Below, one piece after another: positions 1 through 9,161 of a DNA stretch of 64,000 bases (positions within the stretch are counted from its first letter, which is position 1; every line of letters starts with the position of its first letter). The stretch is from Alphaproteobacteria bacterium (lineage in GTDB: Bacteria > Pseudomonadota > Alphaproteobacteria > MPNO01): NCBI GenBank assembly GCA_964291675.2, contig OZ219866.1, positions 672,001 through 736,000 on the forward strand, written 5' to 3'. The notes below the pieces were generated by a model. It searched no databases and was not told the origin of the DNA. It saw only the letters and a list, made by a program, of their open reading frames with translations. Both the position numbers and the translations under genes were made by a program.

Positions 1-1371
1 GGCCGGAGCGGCCGCAAGGCGTTCGGCGAGCTCGACCTGGCGGGCCTCCAGTTCGCGCAGCCGGTCCGACATGCCCCGCACATAGCCGCCGTCCTCGATG
101 GCCGCGATCATCGTCGCGATCTTCTTCTCGATCGCCGCGAGCTCCCTCCTGTCCCCGGCCGCCGAGGCGCGGCGCTCCCGGTTGAGGCGGTTCGTCTTTT
201 CCGCATAGGCCCGGATCGCCTCTTCCGCCGCCTCCGGCGCCATCAGACGGTGCTTCAGTCCGGCGAGCACCCGTTCCTCCAGGACGGCGCGGCGGATGCC
301 CCTACGGTTGGTGCAGCCGTCGGTCCGGGCATGGTTGGAGCAGGCATAGCGGTCCTGACCCCGCTTCACGTAGGCGCCGCCGCAAACCCCGCATTCGAGA
401 AGACCCGACAGCAGGTGGCGCGGACGATGAGTCGCGTTGAGCGGATTCGCACGGGCGCGCCGGACGCTCGCGATCACCGCCACGTACATTTTGGCCGACT
501 CGTCCTGGCGGTCCTACGCCGCCTGCCAGAGATCGTTGTCCAGGATGCGGAGGTGAGGGACCTCGGCGACCACCCATTCCTCCGGCGGGTTGATGCGCGA
601 AACCTTGCGCCCGGTCTCCGGGTTGAGCGCCCGGCGCTGGCGATTTCATACAAGACGCCCGACATAGAGCTCGTTGTTGAGCAGCCCGGTGCCGCGCGCC
701 GCGTGGCCGCGCAGCGTGTTGTCGGACCACCGCTTGCCCCTCGGGCCGGGAACGCCGTCATCGTTCAGGCGCCGCGCGATCGCGCGCGGGCTCGCGTCAT
801 TGGCGAATTCCCGGAAGATGCGCCGCACGATGCCGGCCTGTCGCTCGTTGATCCGGCGCTCGCCCCGGATCGGCTCGCCCGCCGCGTCGAGCGCCTTCAC
901 CACGTCGTAGCCGTAGCCCAGGCTGCCGCCCGCCTTGCCGGCCTCCACCCGGCCCCGCTGGCCGCGGTGCGTCTTGGCCGCGAGGTCCTTCAGGAACAGC
1001 GCGTTCATCGTTCCCTTGAGCCCCACATGGAGCTCGTCGATCTCGCCCTCCGCCAGGGTGAAGACGCCGACGCCCGCGAAGCGGAGATGCTTGTAGAGAA
1101 CCGCGACGTCCGCCTGGTCGCGGCTCACCCGGTCGAGCGCCTCGGCGAGCACCACGTCGAACGCCCCGCTCCCCGCGTCCTCAAGTAGAGCCTGAACACC
1201 GGGGCGGAGAGTCACGCTGGAGCCGGAGACGGCGCTGTCCTTGTAGGTGCCGGGGATCTTCCAGCCCTCGCGTTCGGCGCGCTCGCGGCAGATGCGGAAC
1301 CGGTCCTCGATCGAGGCCGCGCACTGCTGGTCGGAGGAATAGCGGGCACAGAGCGCGCAGCGAAACGTCAT
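1..1371 (-). pseudogene. Large serine recombinase (resolvase + recombinase + zinc ribbon + coiled coil) with two in-frame stops; runs off the window end
   Basis: N-term CARYSSDQQ...EALDRVSRD. The same frame continues past TGA 646-648 (GRLV*NRQ, W expected) and TAG 514-516 into LLSGLLECGVCGG...YACSNH...CTNRRGI and a coiled coil. Confidence 0.9.
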
Positions 1372-1375
1372 GGTC

Positions 1376-1606
1376 TCAGCTCTCCTGTCTCCCGCCGGCG
1401 TCCTTCGCCGGCGGGTTGTCGTTGGCGGCCTCCAGCCGCCGGAACTCCTCGCGCGCGATCTGGCGGCCCAGCAAACGGGCGAGCGTCATGACGACGGTAT
1501 CGATCCGGACCTCCGCGCTGCCACCTGCCCCGGCCCCCGAGCCGGGGTTGTCGTTCGCCGCCACGCCGCGCGCGCCGGCAATCCCGCGATCCTCGCTCTC
1601 CGGCAT
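1376..1606 (-). CDS. Small recombinase-associated protein with two AANDNP motifs
   Basis: 76-aa ORF ending 4 bp upstream of the recombinase start; core TLARLLGRQIAREEF flanked by AANDNP twice. Confidence 0.65.
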   Translation of the reverse strand: MPESEDRGIAGARGVAANDNPGSGAGAGGSAEVRIDTVVMTLARLLGRQIAREEFRRLEAANDNPPAKDAGGRQES

Positions 1607-1809
1607 CCCCTCGCGCCTCCCGCAACACTGCGCACCCGAGAGTCCATCTGGCCCCGTGATTCGGCCATGTCAAACTCCGGCGGTAGGGGATTTCCTGCAT
1701 GGAATCATACACTTGAGTAGCACAGGGGGCGCCAGTGGGGGTATGCGGTGCCTGGCGTATGATCCCCAAAACGATTCGCGATGCACCACCATGCGCACCC
1801 GGTCGCACG

Positions 1810-2229
1810 CTACGCCGTCCACGGGTTCAACGTCTTCAATCCTGCCGCCTCGAACGGTGCGGTGTCCCGCGTCGCCACCATCATGCCGTTGGCCGCGGCG
1901 GTCGCCGCAATGTAACCGTCGGTCACCGGGATCGCTCGCCCCTCGCACCGCGCCTTCGCCATCAGCTCCGCATAGGCTTGCGGGGCCGCAAGATCGAAGG
2001 CCAGCACCCGTCCGGCAAACATTGGCAGCACCTGCCCCTCCAGATCCTCGAGCAGTCGGTCCCGACGCCGGCCACTCGGCAGCAAACGCACCCCGTAGCG
2101 CAGCTCGGCGACGGTGATGGCGGACAGATACAGCGTTTCCAGCGCCTGCGCATCGAGCCATTCGGCGACGCACGACTCCGGAGCCCCGCGCAGCGGCTCC
2201 GACACCACCTCGGTGTCTACGAGGATCAT
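1810..2229 (-). CDS. PIN-domain (VapC/FitB-like) toxin
   Basis: MILVDTEVVSE...LSAITVAELRYG...DGYIAATA...ATRDTAPF...LNPW. Confidence 0.9.
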   Translation of the reverse strand: MILVDTEVVSEPLRGAPESCVAEWLDAQALETLYLSAITVAELRYGVRLLPSGRRRDRLLEDLEGQVLPMFAGRVLAFDLAAPQAYAELMAKARCEGRAIPVTDGYIAATAAANGMMVATRDTAPFEAAGLKTLNPWTA

Positions 2230-2465
2230 TCGAGTTCGACCGACCGGGCCGGAGCCGCGTCGCGTTAAGCTTTCGAACTCTTCCTCCGTCAGCTCTGCGC
2301 GCCGGCCGACGGCGGTCAGCAGTGTTCCCAGGGCGGCCCTCCCTTCCGGCAGGACCGTTTTCTTAAGGATCGCGCGCACCTCCGCTTCCGTGCTACGGCC
2401 GCACAGGGTGGCCCGCACGCGCAGTGCGCGGTGCACCTCGTCCGGGATTTTGCGAACCGTCGGTG
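2226..2465 (-). pseudogene. FitA-like ribbon-helix-helix antitoxin, 5'-truncated and frameshifted
   Basis: TVRKIPDEVHRALRVRA...GRSTEAEVRAIL. No native start. A native-like C-terminus RDAAPARSVELE* (ATGA overlap with the toxin) lies in a shifted frame. Confidence 0.8.
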
Positions 2466-2469
2466 AAGG

Positions 2470-2659
2470 ATGGAGCGATGGCTTTCTCACGGGTGATGAA
2501 AAGCCAACGTCGTGCATCGCCCGGACGGATCTGTTCGCCGTCCAGCAACTCCGGATGTTCGGCGATGAGCGTCTGGAGTTCGTCTGCGGTGGAAAACGGG
2601 GTTTCTTCCAATGCTTCGAGCTTGCCGCTTGGGGCCGAGGTGTAGATGCGTTCGGGCAT
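2470..2659 (-). pseudogene. N-terminal fragment of a putative PD-(D/E)XK (NucS-like) nuclease
   Basis: MPERIYT...ETPFSTADELQTLIAEHPELLDGEQIRPGDARRWLFITRE, then abrupt junction into fitA sequence. Confidence 0.55.
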
Positions 2660-3026
2660 GGGTCATTGTGTAGAAGGGCAATCCTGGCGAAACAATGCCC
2701 GGACGATCGAATCTAATTGTTCCAATCCAATTGAGCCGAGGTGAAACGGCTGCGAACGCACGCGACCGGCCCCGGAGGAATTCGCTCCGGTAGATTCCCG
2801 GCTCTGCCCGGAACATTTGCGCTACCGCATCGTTCGTGATTTCCGCTGAGCTTGCGCCTACGATCAAGCGCGCGGTAGGGAAACCACTCGGTGTAGCCGG
2901 CGGACAATCGCTGGCGCTCGAAACCTGTCTCGCCGATACGATTTCACCGGCAACTTGCGTCCGAGGCGTCCGCGAATATGCTACGGCGTGCCGCAGGTCC
3001 ATTAGCGGACATTTCTGCCTTACCGA

Positions 3027-3614
3027 ATGGAGAAACAAGCCATGGCGAGAGCTCCGGCGAGCACCGCTGACAGACTGTCGACCATCATTGCCGAGATCGA
3101 GGCCGACGCCTATGCGCGCGGTAAAGCCGACGCCAGGTCGGAATTGCTGAATCTTCTTGGTGCGGGAACACAAGAGCGCGGCGGCCCTAAGGCAGCCCGC
3201 GGAACATCCGCGAAATCGGCGTCCGCAGGGAAGCGCAGATCCAGCGGGCGCAAGAGGGCTCCAAAGGGTTCGGTGCCCCGCTTCGTCGAGCGGGCATTGC
3301 GCGACCATCCGGGGCAGACGCCGCAAGAAATTCTGACCCGCGCGGACGACGATATGGAACGTCTGATCAAGCTTCCCTCGATCCGAACCGAATTGCGGAA
3401 CGGGGGGAAACAGGGCAAGTACGAACAGAAAGACGGACGCTGGTTCCATGTGGCGACCGAAGCGGGCGCCGACGAGGCGTCAACCTCCGAGACGCCGTCC
3501 GATACAGAGACCGAGGCAGTCGCCTCGGAGCCCGCCACTGAGACGGCTTCAGCGGACGAGTCACCGGAATCATCGCCCAATACTGGAGCGGCAACGGGCG
3601 ATACGGCCTGCTAA
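3027..3614 (+). CDS. Hypothetical protein, possible winged-helix DNA-binding protein with basic linker and acidic tail
   Basis: 195-aa ORF: helical N-term, K/R-rich GKRRSSGRKRAPKGSV, HTH/wing-like segment ending KDGRWF, E/T/S-rich tail. Confidence 0.6.
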   Translation: MEKQAMARAPASTADRLSTIIAEIEADAYARGKADARSELLNLLGAGTQERGGPKAARGTSAKSASAGKRRSSGRKRAPKGSVPRFVERALRDHPGQTPQEILTRADDDMERLIKLPSIRTELRNGGKQGKYEQKDGRWFHVATEAGADEASTSETPSDTETEAVASEPATETASADESPESSPNTGAATGDTAC

Positions 3615-3799
3615 CTCTTCCTGTTCGATCGGGAACCGCTTCCCGGACCATCGACGTCGACCGTGTCCGCGTCGATCACGCGAACCTGGCTGACAGGCGG
3701 GGGCTCCACCATGGCCGGCGTGTCGCTCCCTCCGCCTCCGCCGCAAGCAGTCAACAGGACGAGCGATGCCACGGCGGAGGCTGCTACCAGGCTCTTCAT
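3611..3799 (-). pseudogene. Truncated lipoprotein, thermonuclease (SNase)-like start
   Basis: Lipobox LTAC-GGGGG then VRVIDADTVDVDG (cf. SNase VIDGDT), then loss of similarity. Confidence 0.55.
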
Positions 3800-3849
3800 C
3801 GGTTTTCCTCGCATACTGGCCTACCGGTCGAGCGATGCTCCCCAGACGC

Positions 3850-4002
3850 CCACCCACCCGCACGCCTTCGCGCTGCACCGCCTCCACCAGCCGCTGGAAA
3901 CCCCCGCCTCCCGAGAACAGCGCGACGCGGTCCAGCTCCCGCGCCATCTCCATCGCGTCGATCACGATCTCGATGTCCATGTCGCCTTCGATCCTGCGGT
4001 TC
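3850..4002 (-). pseudogene. Degenerate NYN/LabA-DUF88 fragment, paralogous to 39085-39678
   Basis: RRIEGDMDIEIVIDAMEMARELDRVALFSGGGGFQRLVEAVQREGVRV aligns with KIKGNMDIELAIDAMEMAKKVDHIVLFSGDGDFRRLIEAVQREAVRV. Confidence 0.85.
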
Positions 4003-4086
4003 AGGGATACGGTGCGCTGTGACTTCTCCCCTTCACCGGATGCGGTCGGCGATTACCTAACAAGACAGTTGCTGAGAACAACCGTT

Positions 4087-4738
4087 CTACTCAAGCAGAA
4101 ACCGAGCAAATCTCGTGCCTAGCGGCGTGATTCTAACTGGGACATTTTCATAGTTCGGTGTTTCTATGCGGGGGCGCTGGCGCGGTGGAGAAGGTTGGCT
4201 CGATCCAATTCTGCAATTAGTCCCATCACCAATCCGCCGAGTATTGAGGGAACAGAGCTTGGACTTGACCGAAATTCAGACGATATGAATCCATAGTCCG
4301 ATCCAATCCAGGCTCCGGGTCTCGTACGAAAACACCAAGCACCTCGACCGCGCCGCTAGACAGCGTCTCTACGCAGCGGGAAAAGTGGTCCAATTCCGTG
4401 TAGCTGCACTTTTCTGGATCCCCTTCTCGTAAGAGAAGGTTCGCGAGAATGGCGGTAGCCGCCTTCAACTTTTCATCACGATGGCTCCGCACGATGGACA
4501 GATAGCAAGACTTGAACAGCTCGGCGAAGTCGTCTTTGTCGACCGCTTCGACATCGATACGGTCGTCAAGCTCTTCGAGACGACTGCGAAGAAACTCCAA
4601 TACGCGATCTACAGATTTTTGTGTAGCGGAGGGAATATAGTCGCCCACCAAGCTGACTATTGAGCCTCCGACAACGGGTATCCCCGACAAACCCGCCTTG
4701 ACTAACGCGAGAGCGTGATCGGATTTGTTCTTTGCCAT
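4087..4738 (-). pseudogene. Abi-alpha/DUF4393-like protein, frameshifted near the C-terminus
   Basis: KAGLSGIPVVGGSIVSLVGDY N-term. After stop 4226 other frames give MGLIAELDRANLL and VRITPLGTRFARFLLE*, a winged-helix-like end. Visibly lower GC. Confidence 0.55.
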
Positions 4739-4899
4739 TGGTCGGTTCACCTTGATGTGTGATGGTGTTTGATCCCCTCCGCCGCAACCACGTCTCCCCG
4801 GCACTCGACGGACAGGGCCCTACAGTCAAACCAGGGGCGCGAGCGAATCCCGACCGCCGTGGCCGGACGATGCGATCTCGGCCGGGGATACCTCCCGTG

Positions 4900-5045
4900 G
4901 CAGCCCAGACGCGCAGCTTCAGGCCGAGAGTGCCAACCACCCTGAGAAAGATGCTCGGACTGGGCTCAGGGGCGTCCCAAAAAGCGTCGTGGAGGCTTTC
5001 GCCGGACAGGCGGGCATCGCGTGCAACCTGACCACGACGGGCCGT
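4900..5045 (-). pseudogene. Fragment of an HTH addiction-module antidote protein
   Basis: QVARDARLSGESLHDAF...PSIFLRVVGTLGLKLRV resembles the consensus QVARDAGLSRESLYKAL...TILKVV.ALG.KL. Confidence 0.55.
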
Positions 5046-5067
5046 GTCGCTTCCGCCGGTCATCATC

Positions 5068-5435
5068 CTTGGTCCCGGACGCGGCGCGGCTCAGGCTCAC
5101 CGTGAACGCCAGCGCCTCGTCCGCCTCGTTGGCCCGGGCGTCCGCCACCGAGAGCGCCACCGGATTCCGTAGCGCCGCCGTCACCGTGTTCGCGAGACTG
5201 CGACCCGCCTCGGTCACGACCGATCCCGCTGGCAGCGTCATCACCACGTCCGCCAGCGAGTCCGGCTTCACTTCGATCCGCCAGCGCCGGTTCTGGCCCG
5301 GCGCCATCCGCTTCGGCTGCGTCACCCGCCCATTGGTCACCTGCAACGCCTCGTCCCGGAGCATCCTGAAGCGGAGCCGCCCCTGGAAGTTCTCGCTGAA
5401 GCGCAGCTCGAAGCCGAACCGGCGCGTGCCGTCAC
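5068..5435 (-). pseudogene. Internal fragment of a giant surface/adhesin protein (Ig-like domain plus start of Calx-beta domain)
   Basis: FGFELRFSE...LRDEALQVTNGRV...NRRWRIEVKPD...LSVADARANEADEALAFTVSLSRAASGT. Confidence 0.7.
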
Positions 5436-5487
5436 GGGCGATCCCGCCGTCGGGGATCGGGCGCACCTGGCCCTGCTGGACGACTTG

Positions 5488-5717
5488 GCGGGCTCGACCG
5501 GGTGGGCCGGTGTTCACGCTCACCGCCGCCGCCTACAATCCGGTCCGCCCGCCCAGACTGCTCGCCGAGGCGCCGACGCGATGCCGAAGAGCCGCGCAAT
5601 ACATCCACGCCTGTCACGAGCGGGCCGAAAACCCCAACCCGCTCGGCCGTTAAGCCGAGAAATCCCACCGAACCCGACAAACCGGCCACAACTGGAGAGC
5701 CTTTCAGCAGCCTGTTG
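5488..5717 (+). mobile_element. 3' remnant of an IS5/IS1182-type insertion sequence
   Basis: Degenerate transposase tail VFTLTAAAYNPVRPPRLLAEA and terminal-like TTTCAGCAGCCTGTTG at 5702-5717. Confidence 0.65.
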
Positions 5718-5729
5718 GAGGATGACGGA

Positions 5730-6518
5730 ATGTCTGGACATGCCATAGCATCGGGGCCACCGGCTCTCATTGTCGAGGACATCCACAAGAGCTTCGGCGC
5801 GCATGAGGTCCTGAAGGGCGTGTCCCTGTCTGCCGCGGTCGGCGAGGCGATTGCCATCATAGGCAGCTCCGGGTCGGGCAAGAGCACGTTCCTGCGATGT
5901 ATCAACTTCCTGGAAATTCCGGACCGCGGCCGGATCGTGCTGGGTGGAGAGGAACTCCGGATTCGCACCGACCGCGCCGGTCGGCTCACCGGCGTCGACC
6001 GGAGGCAGATCGTCCGCCTGCGTTCGCAGCTCGGCATGGTGTTCCAAAGCTTTAATCTGTGGGCCCATATGACGGTGCTGCAGAACGTCGTGGAAGGTCC
6101 AGTACAGGTTCTGAAGCGCCCCAAATTGGCGGCGCGCGAGGACGCGATGGCGCTCCTCGAGAAAGTCGGCCTTGAGAGCAAACGCGACAGCTATCCCGCG
6201 CAGCTTTCCGGCGGCCAGCAGCAGCGCGTGGCGATCGCCCGGGCGCTCGCCATGCAACCGAAGCTCTTGCTGTTCGACGAACCGACCTCGTCGCTCGATC
6301 CCGAGCTGGTGGGCGAGGTGCTGCGCGTCATGCGGGATCTCGCGCAGGAAGGCCGGACGATGATCGTCGTGACCCACGAGATGGGCTTCGCCCGGGACGT
6401 ATCCGACCGCACCGTATTTCTGCACGAAGGGCGGATCGAAGAGGAGGGTCCGCCGGCCGAGCTGTTCGGTGCGCCGAAATCCGAACGGTTGCGGCAATTC
6501 CTGTCTAGCCAGGCGTGA
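5730..6518 (+). CDS. Polar amino acid ABC transporter ATPase (HisP/AotP-like)
   Basis: Walker A GSSGSGKST, signature [24 protein letters not shown]; ATG 5730 after GGAG. Confidence 0.95.
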   Translation: MSGHAIASGPPALIVEDIHKSFGAHEVLKGVSLSAAVGEAIAIIGSSGSGKSTFLRCINFLEIPDRGRIVLGGEELRIRTDRAGRLTGVDRRQIVRLRSQLGMVFQSFNLWAHMTVLQNVVEGPVQVLKRPKLAAREDAMALLEKVGLESKRDSYPAQLSGGQQQRVAIARALAMQPKLLLFDEPTSSLDPELVGEVLRVMRDLAQEGRTMIVVTHEMGFARDVSDRTVFLHEGRIEEEGPPAELFGAPKSERLRQFLSSQA

Positions 6519-6641
6519 CCCGGGGTGTAAGCTGACTTCCGGCCCGAATGTCTCGGCCGGAACGCGAAGGCCGCTCCGGGGCGGTTGCGCGCCGGCGGGC
6601 CGTTCGACGACACACCGATTCGATCACGGAGACTCATTGCC

Positions 6642-7394
6642 ATGATACGAATAATCGCTCGACTTTCCGCGACCGCCCTGGTCGGCGCGGCGATACTTGC
6701 GGCGCCGGCGTCGGCCCGCGACATCCGGATCGCGACCGAAGGTGCCTACCCTCCGTTCAACAGCAAGAACGCCAAGGGCGAACTGGTCGGCTTCGACGTC
6801 GACCTCGCCAAGGCGATCTGCGCTCATATGAAGGCGAAATGTTCCCTGGTCGCGCAGGATTGGGACGGCATCATTCCCGGCCTGCTGGCGAAGAAATACG
6901 ATCTGATCGTCGCCAGCATGTCGATCACCGAGGAGCGCAAGAAAAAGGTCGCCTTCTCCAGACCGTACTATTCGAACTACCTCCAGTTCGTCGCGAAGAA
7001 AGGCGGCGGGTTCGAGCCGACGGCCGAAGGCATCGAAGGCAAGACCCTCGGCGCCCAGCGGGCGACCGTCAGTTCGCAATTTCTCGAAGACAATTACCGG
7101 AAGGTCGCGAGGATCAAGGTCTACGACAAGCAGACCGCCGCCTGGCTGGACCTCAAGGCCGGGCGGGTGGACGCCGTCCTGTCCGATCTCCTGCCGGCCT
7201 ACGACTGGGTCCGGAAGAACAAGGACTTCGAGATGGCCGGCGACCGTGTCAGCAACGAGGACAAGATCGGCATTGCCGCCCGCAAGGAAGACACGGCGCT
7301 GCTCGACAAGGTGAACGCCGTCATCGGGGCGCTGCGCGAGAACGGCACCTACGCGAAAATCAACGCGAAATACTTCCCGTTCGATATCTACTGA
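6642..7394 (+). CDS. Basic amino acid (Lys/Arg/Orn/His-like) ABC substrate-binding protein
   Basis: Signal peptide; IATEGAYPPFN, GFDVDLA, QDWDGIIPGL, SMSITEERKK. Confidence 0.95.
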   Translation: MIRIIARLSATALVGAAILAAPASARDIRIATEGAYPPFNSKNAKGELVGFDVDLAKAICAHMKAKCSLVAQDWDGIIPGLLAKKYDLIVASMSITEERKKKVAFSRPYYSNYLQFVAKKGGGFEPTAEGIEGKTLGAQRATVSSQFLEDNYRKVARIKVYDKQTAAWLDLKAGRVDAVLSDLLPAYDWVRKNKDFEMAGDRVSNEDKIGIAARKEDTALLDKVNAVIGALRENGTYAKINAKYFPFDIY

Positions 7395-7419
7395 CCGGCG
7401 GGAGCCTGGATGTGTAGGA

Positions 7420-7451
7420 GAAGCCCCTTTCGCGCCGCGGAAGAGGGCTTC
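7420..7451 (+). terminator. Intergenic stem-loop after the SBP gene (terminator or mRNA stabiliser)
   Basis: GAAGCCCCTTT...AAGAGGGCTTC imperfect inverted repeat. Confidence 0.5.
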
Positions 7452-7492
7452 TCCGCGCACCGCGGGGCTTTCGGAAGGGGCCCGGCCGCACG

Positions 7493-8233
7493 GTGATCCC
7501 CGAAATTCTCCAGTTCGGCGACCGCGGCTTCGGCGACGAGCTTGTCGTGGGCGCCCTCGTCACGGTGGAAATCGCCGTCTATTCGCTGGCGATCGGGCTT
7601 GCCCTCGGCCTGACGGCGGGCGCCGCCAAGCTGTCCCGCTCGCGGATATTGCGCGGCGTCGCCGAGGCCTACAGCCTGCTCGTCCGGGGCATCCCGGAAT
7701 TGCTGATCATTCTGCTGGTCTATTACAGCGGCGGTGCGGCGATCGGGTCGCTCCTCGAATTCCTCGGCTACGACGGCGGGTTCGACTTCAACAAGCGGCT
7801 GGCGGGATCGCTCGCGCTCGGGCTGATCTTCGGCGCCTTCGCTTCCGAAGTCTTCCGTGGCGCCTTCATAGCCGTGGACAAGGGCCAGATCGAGGCGGCG
7901 TTCGCCGTCGGCATGTCGACCGGCCAGGTCTTCCGGCGCGTCCGCTTTCCCCAGTTGCTGCGGTTCGCCCTCCCGGGGCTGGGCAACCTCTGGATGGTCC
8001 TGCTCAAGGACACGTCGCTGGTCAGCGTCATCGCGCTGGACGAGTTGATGCGCGAGACGGGCGTGGCGGCGGAAGCGACCCAGCGGCCGTTCGTGTTCTA
8101 TCTGGCCGCGACCGTGCTGTACCTGCTGCTCACCGTCGTCTCCGACATCTTCCGCGCCCGCCTGGAACGGCACGCCAACCGCGGCGTCGCCGTTCGAACG
8201 GCCCTGCACCGGCCCGCGCGCGGGACGGCGTGA
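7493..8233 (+). CDS. Amino acid ABC permease (HisQ-like)
   Basis: RGIPEL, EVFRGA...GQIEAA..VGMS, LLKDTSLVSVI. Confidence 0.93.
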   Translation: MIPEILQFGDRGFGDELVVGALVTVEIAVYSLAIGLALGLTAGAAKLSRSRILRGVAEAYSLLVRGIPELLIILLVYYSGGAAIGSLLEFLGYDGGFDFNKRLAGSLALGLIFGAFASEVFRGAFIAVDKGQIEAAFAVGMSTGQVFRRVRFPQLLRFALPGLGNLWMVLLKDTSLVSVIALDELMRETGVAAEATQRPFVFYLAATVLYLLLTVVSDIFRARLERHANRGVAVRTALHRPARGTA

Positions 8234-8934
8234 TGCCGATGCCCGAGCTGTGGATACAGTATGGCGACCGGCTGATCGACGGCGCGGTCGTTACGGTCAA
8301 GCTGGTGGCGCTGGCCTGCATTCTGGGGCTGGCCCTGGCCGTCCCCCTGGCGTTGGCGCGGCGCTCGAACCGGCGCTGCCTGTCGGTCCCGGCCTATCTC
8401 TATATCTACTTCTTCCGCGGCACGCCGCTGATCGTCCAGCTGGCCCTGCTCTATTACGGGCTCGCCCAGTTCGAGGCCGTGCGGGAGAGCCCGTTCTGGA
8501 TCGTGCTGGGCGATGCGGAATATTGCGGCCTGCTCGGCCTGACCCTCAACACGACCGCCTATGTCGCCGAAATCCTGCGCGGCGGGATCGCCGCCGTGCC
8601 CAGAGGCGAGCTCGAGGCCGCCGAAGCCTGCGGCATGTCGCGGATGACGGCCAACCGGCGGATCGTCCTGCCGCGCGCCATGCGCCTCGCCTGGCCGGCC
8701 TACGGCAACGAGGTCATCCTGCTTCTGAAGGGCAGCGCGCTGGTCAGCACGATCACGGTCTACGACCTGATGGGCGAGACCCGGTCGGTCTTTTCGCGCG
8801 GCTACGACGACGCGATCTATCTCTACGCCGCGGCGCTGTACCTGACGCTGACGCTGATCTTCACCGGAGGCTTCCGGCTGGGCGAACGCCGGATGAACCG
8901 CCATCTCCGCGCGGCGGGCCCTACAGCCGGATGA
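8230..8934 (+). CDS. Amino acid ABC permease (HisM-like)
   Basis: FFRGTPLIVQ, AEILRGG...GELEAAEACGMS, LLKGSALVSTI. Confidence 0.93.
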   Translation: MMPMPELWIQYGDRLIDGAVVTVKLVALACILGLALAVPLALARRSNRRCLSVPAYLYIYFFRGTPLIVQLALLYYGLAQFEAVRESPFWIVLGDAEYCGLLGLTLNTTAYVAEILRGGIAAVPRGELEAAEACGMSRMTANRRIVLPRAMRLAWPAYGNEVILLLKGSALVSTITVYDLMGETRSVFSRGYDDAIYLYAAALYLTLTLIFTGGFRLGERRMNRHLRAAGPTAG

Positions 8935-9161
8935 CCGGGCGCAGAGAAGTTCGTTCCGCGAGGAGTCCGGAAGTCGAACTCGTCACCTCCTTCAACCGCT
9001 CCGATTGCCGCCGGCCGGAGCGACGGCGCCTTGCCGCGGCGCGCGAATAAATCGGACAAAATCGCCAGTTTGCGATCATGCTGTCGGAAGAAGCGAGTCG
9101 CTTGACACCCGACGCGCGGCCAAGCAAGAATGAAGAACCGCGCCCAAGTGCTGGAACGGCC

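Noticed and set aside
514-648. Stop-codon readthrough or an alternative genetic code in the recombinase (also TGA at 45183)
   Set aside because: TGA and TAG end many intact genes in this window, and the stops occur among other pseudogenes; decay is the simpler explanation.
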